A DNA stretch of 64,000 nt from Hamiltosporidium tvaerminnensis FI-OER-3-3 (taxonomy: Eukaryota; Fungi; Microsporidia): assembly GCA_022605425.2 (NCBI GenBank), contig JAKIMF020000001.1, forward strand, positions 248,001 to 312,000. Direction: 5' to 3'. Within the stretch, counting starts at the first letter, position 1. Each line of letters starts with the position of its first letter. Of the stretch, positions 1 through 10,431 are shown one piece after another. Below the pieces are notes generated by a model. That model had not been told where the DNA came from. It saw only the letters and a list, made by a program, of their open reading frames with translations, and searched no databases. A program made the translations under genes and the position numbers.

Positions 1-2
1 CT

Positions 3-3000
3 TTATCCAATAGTATGAATAACCCTCTTATATCTAATAGTATGTCTTACTCCTTTAATCCTAACACTACACAACATACTCCTATAACTAACACCCTTTA
101 TTCTTCTCCTTACTGTGTTAATACTTTACAGTTTAATTACTACTTTAACACCCTTAACTCTCTTATAAATAACACCCCTGTTATTATAGTAAAAGGTCCT
201 TTAAGTACAGGTAAATCTACTTTAGTAAAGAGTATAATAACACCCTTTAATCATAAGTATTATAATTTAAGAAATAACACTGATATAGACTTTTATAAAG
301 AATATAGAATAATAAAAGGTGTTAAAGTATATAAACCTGTTAATAGACTTATAATATGTATAGATGAATTTAATACCCCTGTTATCTCTAATAAGGTACA
401 AGAGAGTGTTAGAGAGTATTTAGAGTATAGAAGTATAGGGGGTGTTATTATAGAGAATGTAGTTATAATATGTATATATAACACTAGTGAGGGGGGTTAT
501 AGTAAAATGGAGGGTGTTGGTTATAGGGATATGTTAGAGGATGTTAGTAGGGATGTAGTAGAGGGTAACAGTTATAGGGATGTAATAGTGGGTGTTAGTT
601 ATAGGGATATGTTAGAGGGTGTTAGTAGGGATGTAGTAGAGGGTGTTAGTTATAGGGATATGTTAGAGGGTGTTAGTTATAGGGATATGTTAGAGGGTGT
701 TAGTAGGGATGTAGTAGAGGGTGTTAGTAATACTAGTAGTAATATAAAGGGTGTTAGTGATAAGTGTATTAGTATAGAGGGTGTTAGTTATAGTAGTAGT
801 AATATAAAGGGTGTTAGTATTAAGGGTACCGATATAGAGGGTCTTAATATAAGTACTAATGAACACCCTCTTACTAACAGTACTAATGGTGTTATTGATA
901 GACTCACTTCTAAAACCCCTTCTTTAATATTTCATCATCAAATAGACTTTAAGTATATAACAGGTGTTATTATAGAAAGAAGATTAAATAAGAATATAAG
1001 TAAAGAAATAAGAGGTTTTATTTATAATATAATTATTTTAAAAGGTAATTTATTAACACTTAATAGATTTATTGATAATTTAAGTATAGAAAGTGATATT
1101 AACAGGGAAATAGAGTTATTATTTAAAGGGTGTAGTATTAGTAATAAGGGTATGTTAGAGGGGGGTGTTAGTAATAAGGGTATGTTAGAGGGAGGTATTA
1201 GTAACAGTAGTATGTTAGAGGGTGTTAATTATAAGGGTAGTATGTTAGAGGGTGTTAGTAACAGTAGGGATATATTAGAAGGTGGTAATAAGGATATGTT
1301 AGAAGGTAGTAATAACGATATATTAGAAGGTAGTAGAGAGGGTGTTAATTATAAGAATAGTATTTATGAGGATATGAAGGGTGTTAGTACTAAGGATATA
1401 TTAAAGGGTGTTAAGGGGAAGGATGGATATGAGGGTGTTAGTGATAAAGATGGATTAGAGGGTGTTAACATAAGTACTGATACTTATCACCCTGTTAATA
1501 CTACTACTGATACTTATCACCCTGTTAATACTACTACTAATACTTATCACCCTGTTAATAACAATACAACTTATCACCCTGTTAATCATCTATATAATAC
1601 TCCTTATACTTATCACCCCTTTAACTATAATAACTATTCTCTTAAAGATAACATACTTTATTTATTAGCAAAGAAGAATGTTAGTATTATTTTAATAGGT
1701 AGTTATTTATCAGGTAAGACAACACTTATAAAAGAATGTTGTAATATTAAAGGTTATAATTTAAATATTATAGATAATAATTACAATAAATTAGAGGGTT
1801 ATAATAATAATAGGGTAGATATAGGTGAGGGTGAGGGTGTTAATGTAAAGAGTAGTGTATTAGAGGGTGTTAATGATAGAGGTAGTGGATTAGAGGGTGT
1901 TAGTGATAGAGGTAGTGTATTAGAGGGTGTTAATATAAAGAGTACTGTATTAGAGGGTGTTAATGATAGAGGTAGTAATATAGTTGGTGTTAATAACAGT
2001 GGTAGTAATCAACAGGGTGTTAATGTAAAGAGTAGTAATCAACAGGGTGTTAATGATAAAGGTAGTAATCAACAGGGTGTTAATATAAGTACCAATGGTT
2101 ATAGGGGTGTTAGTAATAGTACTAATGAACAACACCCCTTTAACAACACATCTAATAATATACCTGTTGTTAATCTTGTTAGTGATAAATTATTTTTAAA
2201 ACCTTTTGATATATTTACTAGTGTTATTGATAGTAAAGAGTATGGTAAGTATATATTTACAGTAAGTAACTTAAAAGGTGTTAGTGATACATTTATAAGT
2301 AGGTGTTATATTTTAGAGAATAGTGTTAGTAAGGAGAGTGTTAAGGATATTGGTAGTAATAACACCCCTATAACCAATAGTAATAACCGTAGTAATAACA
2401 CCCCTTTAACTAACATAAGTAATAACCGTAGTGATAACACCCCTATAACCAATAGTACTAATAACCTTAGTGATAACACCCCTTTAACCAATAGTACTAA
2501 TAACCGTAGTGATAACACCCCTTTAACTAACAATACTAATAATTGTAGTAATAACACCCCTTTAATCACCCCTTTAATCAACACTATCTCTACTTACCTC
2601 CTTATATCTAATACCCTGTTACTTACTAACCATTTACTTAATACTTATAACACCCTTAAGAATAGACATTCCTTTCTATTAACAGGTGTTAATAAGATAC
2701 TTTTATTTAAAGAAGAAGTAAATAATTTAAATATTTTATTAAAAGAGAAATGTTTAAGATTATCACAATTAAAGGTAGAAAGTACTAACAATATAACAGA
2801 TTTAATAAATGAAAAAGAAAAAGTAAATAACACTATAAAAGAGATAATTAGTGTTAATAAAGATATAAAGAATAACATATGTTATTCTTTAAGTAAAAGA
2901 AAAGTAATAAGTAAAGAAATAAAGGGTGTTAAAGATAATATAGATAGTGTTATTAGAGATATAAAGGGTGTTGATAAGAAGAGTGTTAGTGAGTTAAAGA

Positions 3001-6000
3001 GTATGAATAACCCACCTTTAGTTATTAAGAAGGTACTTAGTGGGGTAGTGGGGGTATTGGAGGGGGATAGTAGTATGATGGAGGGTTATAGTATGATGAT
3101 GGAGGGTGATAAGGGTTATAGTAGTAGTAGTATGATGGAGGGTGTTAAGGGAAGTAGGGATAGTAGTATGATTGAGGGTTATAGTAGTATGATGGAGGGT
3201 GTTAAGGGAAGTAGGGATAGTAGTATGATTGAGGGTTATAGTAGTATGATGGAGGGTGTTAAGGGTAGTAGTATGATGAAGGGTGTTAAGGGTTATAGTA
3301 TGATGGAGGGTGTTAAGGGAAGTAGGGATAGTAGTATGATGGAGGGTGTTAAGGGAAGTAGGGATAGTAGAGAGGATGATAAGGGTGTTAAGGGAAGTAG
3401 GGATAGTAGTATGATGGAGGGTTTTGAGGGAAGTAGGGATATAAAGGGTCTTAGTGAAGTTTATGATAAACAACAGGGTGTTAATGACAGTATTACTAAT
3501 ATAAAGGGTGTTAGTAAAAGTACTATTAAACAACAGGGTGTTAACATAAGTACTAATAAACAACGGGGTGTTAAGAGTAGAGAGTGGAGGGAGGTTATTA
3601 GTATAGTGAGAAGAGAGGATTTTATAGCAAGGATAGTAAATTATAGGGATTTATTAGAAGATGGATTAGAAGAGGGTGATATGTTAGAAGATGGATTAGA
3701 AGAGGAATTAGAGGGTGTTAGTGATAAGGATATATTGGAGGGTGTTAGTGATAGTAGTATGTTAGAGGGTGTTAGTGATAGTAGTATGTTAGAGGGTGTT
3801 AGTGATAGTAGTATGTTAGAGGGTGTTAGTGATAGTAGTATGTTAGAGGGTGTTAATGTCAATACTGATAATAACACCCCTTTAACTAACAATAGTAATA
3901 ACACCCCTTTAACTAACAATACCACTAACACCCCTTTAACAAACAATACCACTAACAATACCACTAATACCACTAACACCCCTTTAACTAACAATACCAC
4001 TAACACCACTAATACCACTAACACCCCTTTAACAAACAATACCACTAACAATACCACTAATACCACTAACACCCCTTTAACAAATAACCCCTTTACCCCT
4101 CTTATCCCTCTTGCTTATAAGGCTTCTACTGCTTGTGGTCCTTTATGTAAGTGGCTTTCTTCTACATTAGATTATATACAAATAACAAGTAAATTAAAAC
4201 CTTTTATAAAAGAACTTAAGAATATTAATAATAGTATTATTAATAATAAAAGGGTGTTAAATAATAAACAAGAGTGTCTTAAATTAAAAGAAGAAAAGGT
4301 TTTACAACTTAAAGAGGAATTAAGAGTTAAGAGTTGTAGTGTTATAACGTATGAGAAGGAAATGGAAGAAATAAAGGGTAGGATGTGTGTTATGGAGGAG
4401 TGTATAGGTGTTATGGAAGAGGAAGTAGGGAGATGGAGTGTAGAGATAGGATGTGTTAGAGATAAGGGGGGTAGTAATAGTAGTAGGGATAGGGGTAGTG
4501 TATTAGAGGGTGTTAATAACAGTATTGATGATTATAAGTGTAATAGTAGTAGGGATATGTTAGAGGGTAATAGTAGTAGGGATATGTTAGAGGGTAATAG
4601 TAGGGATATGTTAGAGGCTTTTATTAATAAGGATGGTAGTAGAGAGGGTGTTAATAATATGGAGTATGATTATAAGGGTGTTAGTAATAAAGACAGTAGT
4701 AGTGGTAATGAACAAAGGGGCTTTAACAACATCACTAATAATTATCACCCTCTTAACAACAGTACTAATAATTATCACCCTCTTAACAACAGTACTAATA
4801 ATTATCACCCTCTTAACAACAGTACTAATAACTATCACCCCTTTAATAACAGTACTACTGATATTAATATACCTTATCTTACTAACCTTTTAAATCTTCT
4901 TAATAATAACACTTATATGGATAATAGTGTTATTTCTTATATAAGAAATACTTATTATAAATTAAGAGGTGTTAGTAATATTAATACTAATGATTTAAAT
5001 ATTTTATTAGAAAATAAAAGGGTTATATATATATATGATAAAGAGGGTGTTATTACAAAGGAAGTAACAAGGAATAATAAGAAGATGAGGTGTAGTGTTA
5101 TTGGTAAGGGTAATAGTAGTGGGGGTATTAGTACTTATAGTGTTAGTAATAACTATAGTGGTAACACCCCTTTAGGTAGTAGTAATAATGATTATTGTGG
5201 TAACACCCCTTTAGGTAGTAGTAATAATGATTATTGTGGTAACACCCCTTTAGGTAGTAATAATAATAACTATAGTGGTAACACCCCTTTAGGTAGTAAT
5301 AATAATAACTATAGTGGTAACACCCCTTTAGGTAGTAATAATAATAACTATAGTGTTAACACCCCTTTAGGTAGTAGTAATAACTATAGTGTTAACACCC
5401 CTTTAGGTAGTAATAATAATAACTATAGTGTTAACACCCCTTTAGGTAGTAGTAATAACTATAGTGGTAACACCCCTTTAGGTAGTAGTAATAATGATTA
5501 TTGTGGTAACACCCCTTTAGGTAGTAGTAATAATGATTATTGTGGTAACACCCCCTTATCTAATATCCTTCATATTCTTAATACCTTTCTTGTTACTTCT
5601 ATGGATAATAACAACTATTTAACAGTAATTAACACTGCTATGTTACATAATATAGATATAATAATAACAGGGTGTTATTATTACTGTCCTTATATTTATT
5701 CACTTATAAAATATCAAATGACTGTAAAAGGTTTTAATGTTATTTTAATAGGAAAAGATAAAGAAGGGTGTTATGAAGGTATTTATAATATTATATATGA
5801 AGAGGGTGTTAGTGATTGTATAAGAGAAGTAATAAGTGAGGTATATAAAGGGGTGGATATAATAGAGAATATGTTAGAGAAGGGTGTTAGAGGCAGTAGG
5901 GATATTTTAGAGAAGGGTGTTAATGATAAGGATATGTTAGAGGGTAATGTAAAGGGTGTTAATGATAAGGATGATTTTAAAGAGGGTGTTAGTAACAGAT

Positions 6001-9000
6001 CAGATAAACAACAGGGTCTTAATGACAGTCCTAATACTTTACACCCTGTTAATGAACGTACTTATAAACAACAGGGTCTTAATAACAGTATATCTAATAT
6101 GAATACCTTTAACAATCTATCTACTATCAATACCTTTAACAATCTATCTACTATCAATACCTTTAATACCTCTGAGTCTTCTTTATTATCAGGTGTTATT
6201 TCTTTAGAAAATAACCTTTTATCTTTAATAAGTAATAATAATATGGAAATAAAAGGTGTTAAATCTATAATAGAGTGTAAGAGGGTGTTAGATATTAAAA
6301 GAAAAGAATTTAAAGAATTAAAGGATAGAAATAAAGAAATAAGAGATATTGAAAATAACATATGTTACTTATATGAAAGTATAAGAAAGTCTTATTATAG
6401 TAAATATAAGGTATATTTAAGTAATAAAGTATTTAAAGGGGTATTAAGATATATAATAAAGGGGGTAATAAAAGGTTTTAGTGAAAGGGTGTTATTAGAG
6501 GGTGTTAGTGAAAGGGAGTTATTAGAGGGTGTTAATGATAGGGAGTTATTGGAGGGTAATTTTGATAGGGAGTTATCTGAGGGTGTTAGTCATAGGGAGT
6601 TATTAGAGGGTGTTAATGAAAGGGAGTTATTAGAGGGTGTTAGTGATAGGGAGTTATTGGTGGGTGTTAATGAAAGGGAGTTATTAGAGGGTGTTAATGA
6701 AAGGGAGTTATTAGAGGGTGTTAGTCATAGGGAGTTATTAGAGGGTGTTAATGAAAGGGTGTTATTAGAGGGTGTTAATGAAAGGGAGTTATTAGAGGGT
6801 GTTAGTGATAGGGAGTTATTGGTGGGTGTTAATGAAAGGGAGTTATTGGAGGGTGTTAATGAAAGGGAGTTATTAGAGGGTGTTAGTCATAGGGAGTTAT
6901 TGGAGGGTGTTAATGATAAGAGTAGTAGTAGAGAGGGTGTTATCAACAGCACTGATAGATTAGAGGGTGTTAGTAAGAGTACTGATAGATTAGAGGGTGT
7001 TAGCAACAGTACTAATGAACAACACCCTGTTAGTAATAATACTACACAACACCCTGTTAATAACAATACTACACAACACCCTGTTAATAACAATACTACA
7101 CAACACCCTGTTAACACTAACCTAAATACTACTATAGCTAACACCCTCTTATCTTTCTATTCTTACTCTTATATGCCTGTTGATAGACAAAGGGTGTTAA
7201 ATTATAAAGAATTGAGAAATGAAATATTAAATATAGAATTACCTTTTAATTACCTGTTAATTAACTTAGATGTAACATTATTAAAATTAAAATGTGTTAG
7301 TGTTAGTTGTGGTAGTGAAGAGAATAATAAAAGGGTGTTAGATACTATAAATAGAGAGAGTATTTGTATTATTAAGAATGTACAGTTTATGCCAGAACTT
7401 AAGGATATGTGTAGTAATTATAGGGGTGTTAATTATAGTAGGGAGGTAGTAGGGGGTGGTAGTAGGGATATATTAGAGGGTGTTAATTATAAAGGTAGTG
7501 TATTAGAGGGTGTTAACAATAGTAGGGAGGTATTAGAGGGTGTTAATTATAAAGGTATTGTAGTAGGGGGTGTTAATTATAAAGATAGTGGATTAAAGGG
7601 TGTTAACAATAGTAGGGAGGTATTAGAGGGTGTTGGTTCTAGTACTAGCAAACAAGACCCTATTAATAGTAAGACTTACAAACAATACCCTTTTATTAGT
7701 AGTACTTATAAACAAGACCCTTTTAATAACACTACTAATAATTATCACCCTGTTAATAAGAGTACTAAACAACACCCCTTTAAAAGAGTCATTTACTGTA
7801 TGGAAGGTAACACACAACACTCTCTTATGGAGGATTGTAGAATAATTTATGGTGAACAAGAATATTCTTATAATAACATATATAAGACATATAGAGATAT
7901 AATAAGGGAAGAGGGTGTTAGTAATAGAAGTAAGGGATTAGAGAGGGGTGTTAGTAATAGAAGTAAGGGATTAGAGAGGGGTGTTAGTAATAGAAGTAAG
8001 GGATTAGAGAGGGGTGTTAGTAATAGAAGTAAGGGATTAGAGAGGGGTGTTAGTATAGTAGAGGGTAGAGAGGGGGGTGTTAATAGTAAGAAGAAGGGTG
8101 TTAGTAATGCAAGTATACGAGAAGGGGGTGTTAATATAGTAGAGGGTAAGAATAGGGGTGTTAATAGTAAGAAGAAGGGTGTTAGTAACAGTAATAAGTA
8201 TAAGGGTAGTAGATATAGGGGTGTTAATTATAAGACATTATCTATAAGAGGTGTTAATGATAAATCATTCTCTATAACACCCCTTAGTAATACATCTCCT
8301 CATATAACACCTCTTAGTAATACATTTCCTCATATAACACCTGTTAAAACTAAATCATTCTCTATAACACCCCTTATTAAGACATCTCCCCATATAACAT
8401 CTGTTAAAACCAAATCATACTCTATAACACCTGTTAGTAATACATCTCCTTATATAACACCTCTTAACACTAAATCATACTCTATAACACCTGTTAATAC
8501 TACTACCCTTTATTCTATACTTAAGTATTCCTTTATATATTCTTTAGAAATAAGATGTGTTATTTTACATTCTTATATATGTTATATCTCTTGTTATATT
8601 CCTTATACTTTAAGTTTTAATTATGAATGGTCTTTAAAAGATTTATTGTTATTTATAAGGTGTTGTAAGTATATGACATTTAAAGAGAGTATAGGTGTTG
8701 TGTATGGTAGTAGGTTAAGTTATAAAGAGGTTATTTGTATAGAAATAGTAGGTGATATAATAAAGGGGGGTGTTAGTAGTATGGATATAGTAGAGGAGGG
8801 TGTTAGTAGTAAGGATATAGTAGAGGGTGTTAGTAATAAGGATATAGTAGAGGAGGGTGTTAGTAGTATGGATATAGTAGAGGAGGGTGTTAGTTATAAG
8901 GATATAGTAGAGGGTGTTAGTTATAAGGATATAGTAGAGGGTGTTAGTAGTATGGATATAGTAGAGGAGGGTGTTAGTAGTATGGATATAGTAGAGTGTG

Positions 9001-9917
9001 TTAACAATAGTAGGGATATTAAGGAGGGGGGTGTTAGTAAAGGTAGTATGTTAGAGGGTGTTAGTAGTATGGATATAGTAGAGGGTGTTAACAATAGTAG
9101 GGATATTAAGGAGGGGGGTGTTAGTAAAGGTAGTATGTTAGAGGGTGTTAGTAGTATGGATATAGTAGAGGGTGTTAACAATAGTAGGGATATTAAGGAG
9201 GGGGGTGTTAGTTATAAGGATATAGTAGAGGGTGTTAGTAAAGGTACTAGTAATTATAAGGGTGTTATTAACAGTACTAATAAACAACACCCTGTTAACA
9301 ATATTACTGATACTTATCACCCTCTTAACGACAGTACTGATACTTATCACCCTGTTAACAACAGTACTGATAATACCCCCTCTTATACCTGGTTATTTAC
9401 TTACTATGATATTCTTAAGGATAAATTAAAAGGTAAAGAATATGAAATTATAAATAACAAGGAAATTACAAGTAAGAATAAGAAGGATAACAAGGATACT
9501 AACAAGGGATTGGATAGTCACGATATTAACAAGGGATTTATTAACAAGGAACTTACAAGTAAGTCTAACAAGGATACTAACAAGGATAACAAGGGACTCA
9601 TTAACAAGGAACTTACAAGTAATTATAACAAGGATATCAATGGATTCATTAACAAGGAACTTACTAGTAATGATATTAACAATCAATCTTGTAAATTATC
9701 ACCCTTTAGTATTAAGGTAAGATTCTATAAAGCTATAGTAGTAGAAGAGGGTGTTAATTATAGTAATATTGATAATGTATGTTATTTACTTATTAAAGAG
9801 GTTAATAGTAGTAATAAGAAGGAATGGGTTTGGGTTGTTAATAAAGGGGTGATAGATAAGGTATATGTAAGTAGTATAAAGGGGTGTTATTATAGTGTAG
9901 TGGGTGAAGTATTATAG
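3..9917 (+). CDS. DYN1: Cytoplasmic dynein heavy chain, C-terminal half (AAA3-AAA4-stalk/MTBD-AAA5-AAA6), 5'-truncated by the window edge, with massive low-complexity in-frame insertions
   Basis: Dynein motifs occur in the correct order between repeat blocks: GPLSTGKS and ICIDEFNTP (AAA3), LIGSYLSGKTTL (AAA4), LLTGVNKI, ELKSMNNPPLVIK / WREV..RREDFIARIVNY / KASTACGPLCKW (stalk MTBD), EEVGRW, IYDKEG and TSMDNNNY (AAA5), LENNLL, SCGSEE..IKNVQF (AAA6), YEWSLKDL, VYGSR. The frame is open from nt 3, so the ATG at 15 is probably not the true start. Confidence 0.85.
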   Translation, partial: LSNSMNNPLISNSMSYSFNPNTTQHTPITNTLYSSPYCVNTLQFNYYFNTLNSLINNTPVIIVKGPLSTGKSTLVKSIITPFNHKYYNLRNNTDIDFYKEYRIIKGVKVYKPVNRLIICIDEFNTPVISNKVQESVREYLEYRSIGGVIIENVVIICIYNTSEGGYSKMEGVGYRDMLEDVSRDVVEGNSYRDVIVGVSYRDMLEGVSRDVVEGVSYRDMLEGVSYRDMLEGVSRDVVEGVSNTSSNIKGVSDKCISIEGVSYSSSNIKGVSIKGTDIEGLNISTNEHPLTNSTNGVIDRLTSKTPSLIFHHQIDFKYITGVIIERRLNKNISKEIRGFIYNIIILKGNLLTLNRFIDNLSIESDINREIELLFKGCSISNKGMLEGGVSNKGMLEGGISNSSMLEGVNYKGSMLEGVSNSRDILEGGNKDMLEGSNNDILEGSREGVNYKNSIYEDMKGVSTKDILKGVKGKDGYEGVSDKDGLEGVNISTDTYHPVNTTTDTYHPVNTTTNTYHPVNNNTTYHPVNHLYNTPYTYHPFNYNNYSLKDNILYLLAKKNVSIILIGSYLSGKTTLIKECCNIKGYNLNIIDNNYNKLEGYNNNRVDIGEGEGVNVKSSVLEGVNDRGSGLEGVSDRGSVLEGVNIKSTVLEGVNDRGSNIVGVNNSGSNQQGVNVKSSNQQGVNDKGSNQQGVNISTNGYRGVSNSTNEQHPFNNTSNNIPVVNLVSDKLFLKPFDIFTSVIDSKEYGKYIFTVSNLKGVSDTFISRCYILENSVSKESVKDIGSNNTPITNSNNRSNNTPLTNISNNRSDNTPITNSTNNLSDNTPLTNSTNNRSDNTPLTNNTNNCSNNTPLITPLINTISTYLLISNTLLLTNHLLNTYNTLKNRHSFLLTGVNKILLFKEEVNNLNILLKEKCLRLSQLKVESTNNITDLINEKEKVNNTIKEIISVNKDIKNNICYSLSKRKVISKEIKGVKDNIDSVIRDIKGVDKKSVSELKSMNNPPLVIKKVLSGVVGVLEGDSSMMEGYSMMMEGDKGYSSSSMMEGVKGSRDSSMIEGYSSMMEGVKGSRDSSMIEGYSSMMEGVKGSSMMKGVKGYSMMEGVKGSRDSSMMEGVKGSRDSREDDKGVKGSRDSSMMEGFEGSRDIKGLSEVYDKQQGVNDSITNIKGVSKSTIKQQGVNISTNKQRGVKSREWREVISIVRREDFIARIVNYRDLLEDGLEEGDMLEDGLEEELEGVSDKDILEGVSDSSMLEGVSDSSMLEGVSDSSMLEGVSDSSMLEGVNVNTDNNTPLTNNSNNTPLTNNTTNTPLTNNTTNNTTNTTNTPLTNNTTNTTNTTNTPLTNNTTNNTTNTTNTPLTNNPFTPLIPLAYKASTACGPLCKWLSSTLDYIQITSKLKPFIKELKNINNSIINNKRVLNNKQECLKLKEEKVLQLKEELRVKSCSVITYEKEMEEIKGRMCVMEECIGVMEEEVGRWSVEIGCVRDKGGSNSSRDRGSVLEGVNNSIDDYKCNSSRDMLEGNSSRDMLEGNSRDMLEAFINKDGSREGVNNMEYDYKGVSNKDSSSGNEQRGFNNITNNYHPLNNSTNNYHPLNNSTNNYHPLNNSTNNYHPFNNSTTDINIPYLTNLLNLLNNNTYMDNSVISYIRNTYYKLRGVSNINTNDLNILLENKRVIYIYDKEGVITKEVTRNNKKMRCSVIGKGNSSGGISTYSVSNNYSGNTPLGSSNNDYCGNTPLGSSNNDYCGNTPLGSNNNNYSGNTPLGSNNNNYSGNTPLGSNNNNYSVNTPLGSSNNYSVNTPLGSNNNNYSVNTPLGSSNNYSGNTPLGSSNNDYCGNTPLGSSNNDYCGNTPLSNILHILNTFLVTSMDNNNYLTVINTAMLHNIDIIITGCYYYCPYIYSLIKYQMTVKGFNVILIGKDKEGCYEGIYNIIYEEGVSDCIREVISEVYKGVDIIENMLEKGVRGSRDILEKGVNDKDMLEGNVKGVNDKDDFKEGVSNRSDKQQGLNDSPNTLHPVNERTYKQQGLNNSISNMNTFNNLSTINTFNNLSTINTFNTSESSLLSGVISLENNLLSLISNNNMEIKGVKSIIECKRVLDIKRKEFKELKDRNKEIRDIENNICYLYESIRKSYYSKYKVYLSNKVFKGVLRYIIKGVIKGFSERVLLEGVSERELLEGVNDRELLEGNFDRELSEGVSHRELLEGVNERELLEGVSDRELLVGVNERELLEGVNERELLEGVSHRELLEGVNERVLLEGVNERELLEGVSDRELLVGVNERELLEGVNERELLEGVSHRELLEGVNDKSSSREGVINSTDRLEGVSKSTDRLEGVSNSTNEQHPVSNNTTQHPVNNNTTQHPVNNNTTQHPVNTNLNTTIANTLLSFYSYSYMPVDRQRVLNYKELRNEILNIELPFNYLLINLDVTLLKLKCVSVSCGSEENNKRVLDTINRESICIIKNVQFMPELKDMCSNYRGVNYSREVVGGGSRDILEGVNYKGSVLEGVNNSREVLEGVNYKGIVVGGVNYKDSGLKGVNNSREVLEGVGSSTSKQDPINSKTYKQYPFISSTYKQDPFNNTTNNYHPVNKSTKQHPFKRVIYCMEGNTQHSLMEDCRIIYGEQEYSYNNIYKTYRDIIREEGVSNRSKGLERGVSNRSKGLERGVSNRSKGLERGVSNRSKGLERGVSIVEGREGGVNSKKKGVSNASIREGGVNIVEGKNRGVNSKKKGVSNSNKYKGSRYRGVNYKTLSIRGVNDKSFSITPLSNTSPHITPLSNTFPHITPVKTKSFSITPLIKTSPHITSVKTKSYSITPVSNTSPYITPLNTKSYSITPVNTTTLYSILKYSFIYSLEIRCVILHSYICYISCYIPYTLSFNYEWSLKDLLLFIRCCKYMTFKESIGVVYGSRLSYKEVICIEIVGDIIKGGVSSMDIVEEGVSSKDIVEGVSNKDIVEEGVSSMDIVEEGVSYKDIVEGVSYKDIVEGVSSMDIVEEGVSSMDIVECVNNSRDIKEGGVSKGSMLEGVSSMDIVEGVNNSRDIKEGGVSKGSMLEGVSSMDIVEGVNNSRDIKEGGVSYKDIVEGVSKGTSNYKGVINSTNKQHPVNNITDTYHPLNDSTDTYHPVNNSTDNTPSYTWLFTYYDILKDKLKGKEYEIINNKEITSKNKKDNKDTNKGLDSHDINKGFINKELTSKSNKDTNKDNKGLINKELTSNYNKDINGFINKELTSNDINNQSCKLSPFSIKVRFYKAIVVEEGVNYSNIDNVCYLLIKEVNSSNKKEWVWVVNKGVIDKVYVSSIKGCYYSVVGEVL

Positions 9918-10320
9918 GAGTAGTAGTAGGGAATAAAGGGTGTTATTGTATTTAGGAGTAGTAGTGATAAGAGGGTGTTATAGTATATTAGGAGTAGTAG
10001 TAGTGATAAGAGGGTGTTATAGTATTAAGGAGTAGGAGTTGGGAATAAAGGGTGTTATGGTATTATAGGAGTAGTGGTAGTAGTAGGGAATAAAGGGTTT
10101 TATAGTATTATAGGAGTAGTAGTAGTAGTAGGGAATAAAGGGTTTTATAGTATTATAGGAGTAGTAGTAGTAGTAGCAGGGATAAGAGGGTTTTATTGTA
10201 GTAGTGATTAGTAGTAGGTATAAGAGGGTGTTATAGTACTAGGGAATAGCACTAGGAAGTAGAAGGTGTTAACTATTAGTTTGGTATAATAGGGTGTTAG
10301 GTATATAAATAGGTGTTAAT
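9918..10320 (+). repeat. Degenerate AAGGGTGTTAT/AGTAGTAG minisatellite continuing past the dynein stop codon
   Basis: Repeated units such as AAGAGGGTGTTATAGTATT..GGAGTAGTAG of variable, non-triplet length, with the same core as the coding repeats. Confidence 0.85.
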
Positions 10321-10431
10321 GTTCCTTAGTTAAACTTTTATTAAAGGTTTACTGTTATATTTTTAATGTACTTTGTGGTTCTTTTAATTGATGAAGTAGG
10401 AGATATAAATAATCGATTAGAGATATAAATA

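Noticed and set aside
293-9686. Many short antisense or alternative-frame ORFs over the dynein gene
   Set aside because: Shadows of the low-complexity repeats (poly L/V/T/I), with no independent coding signal.
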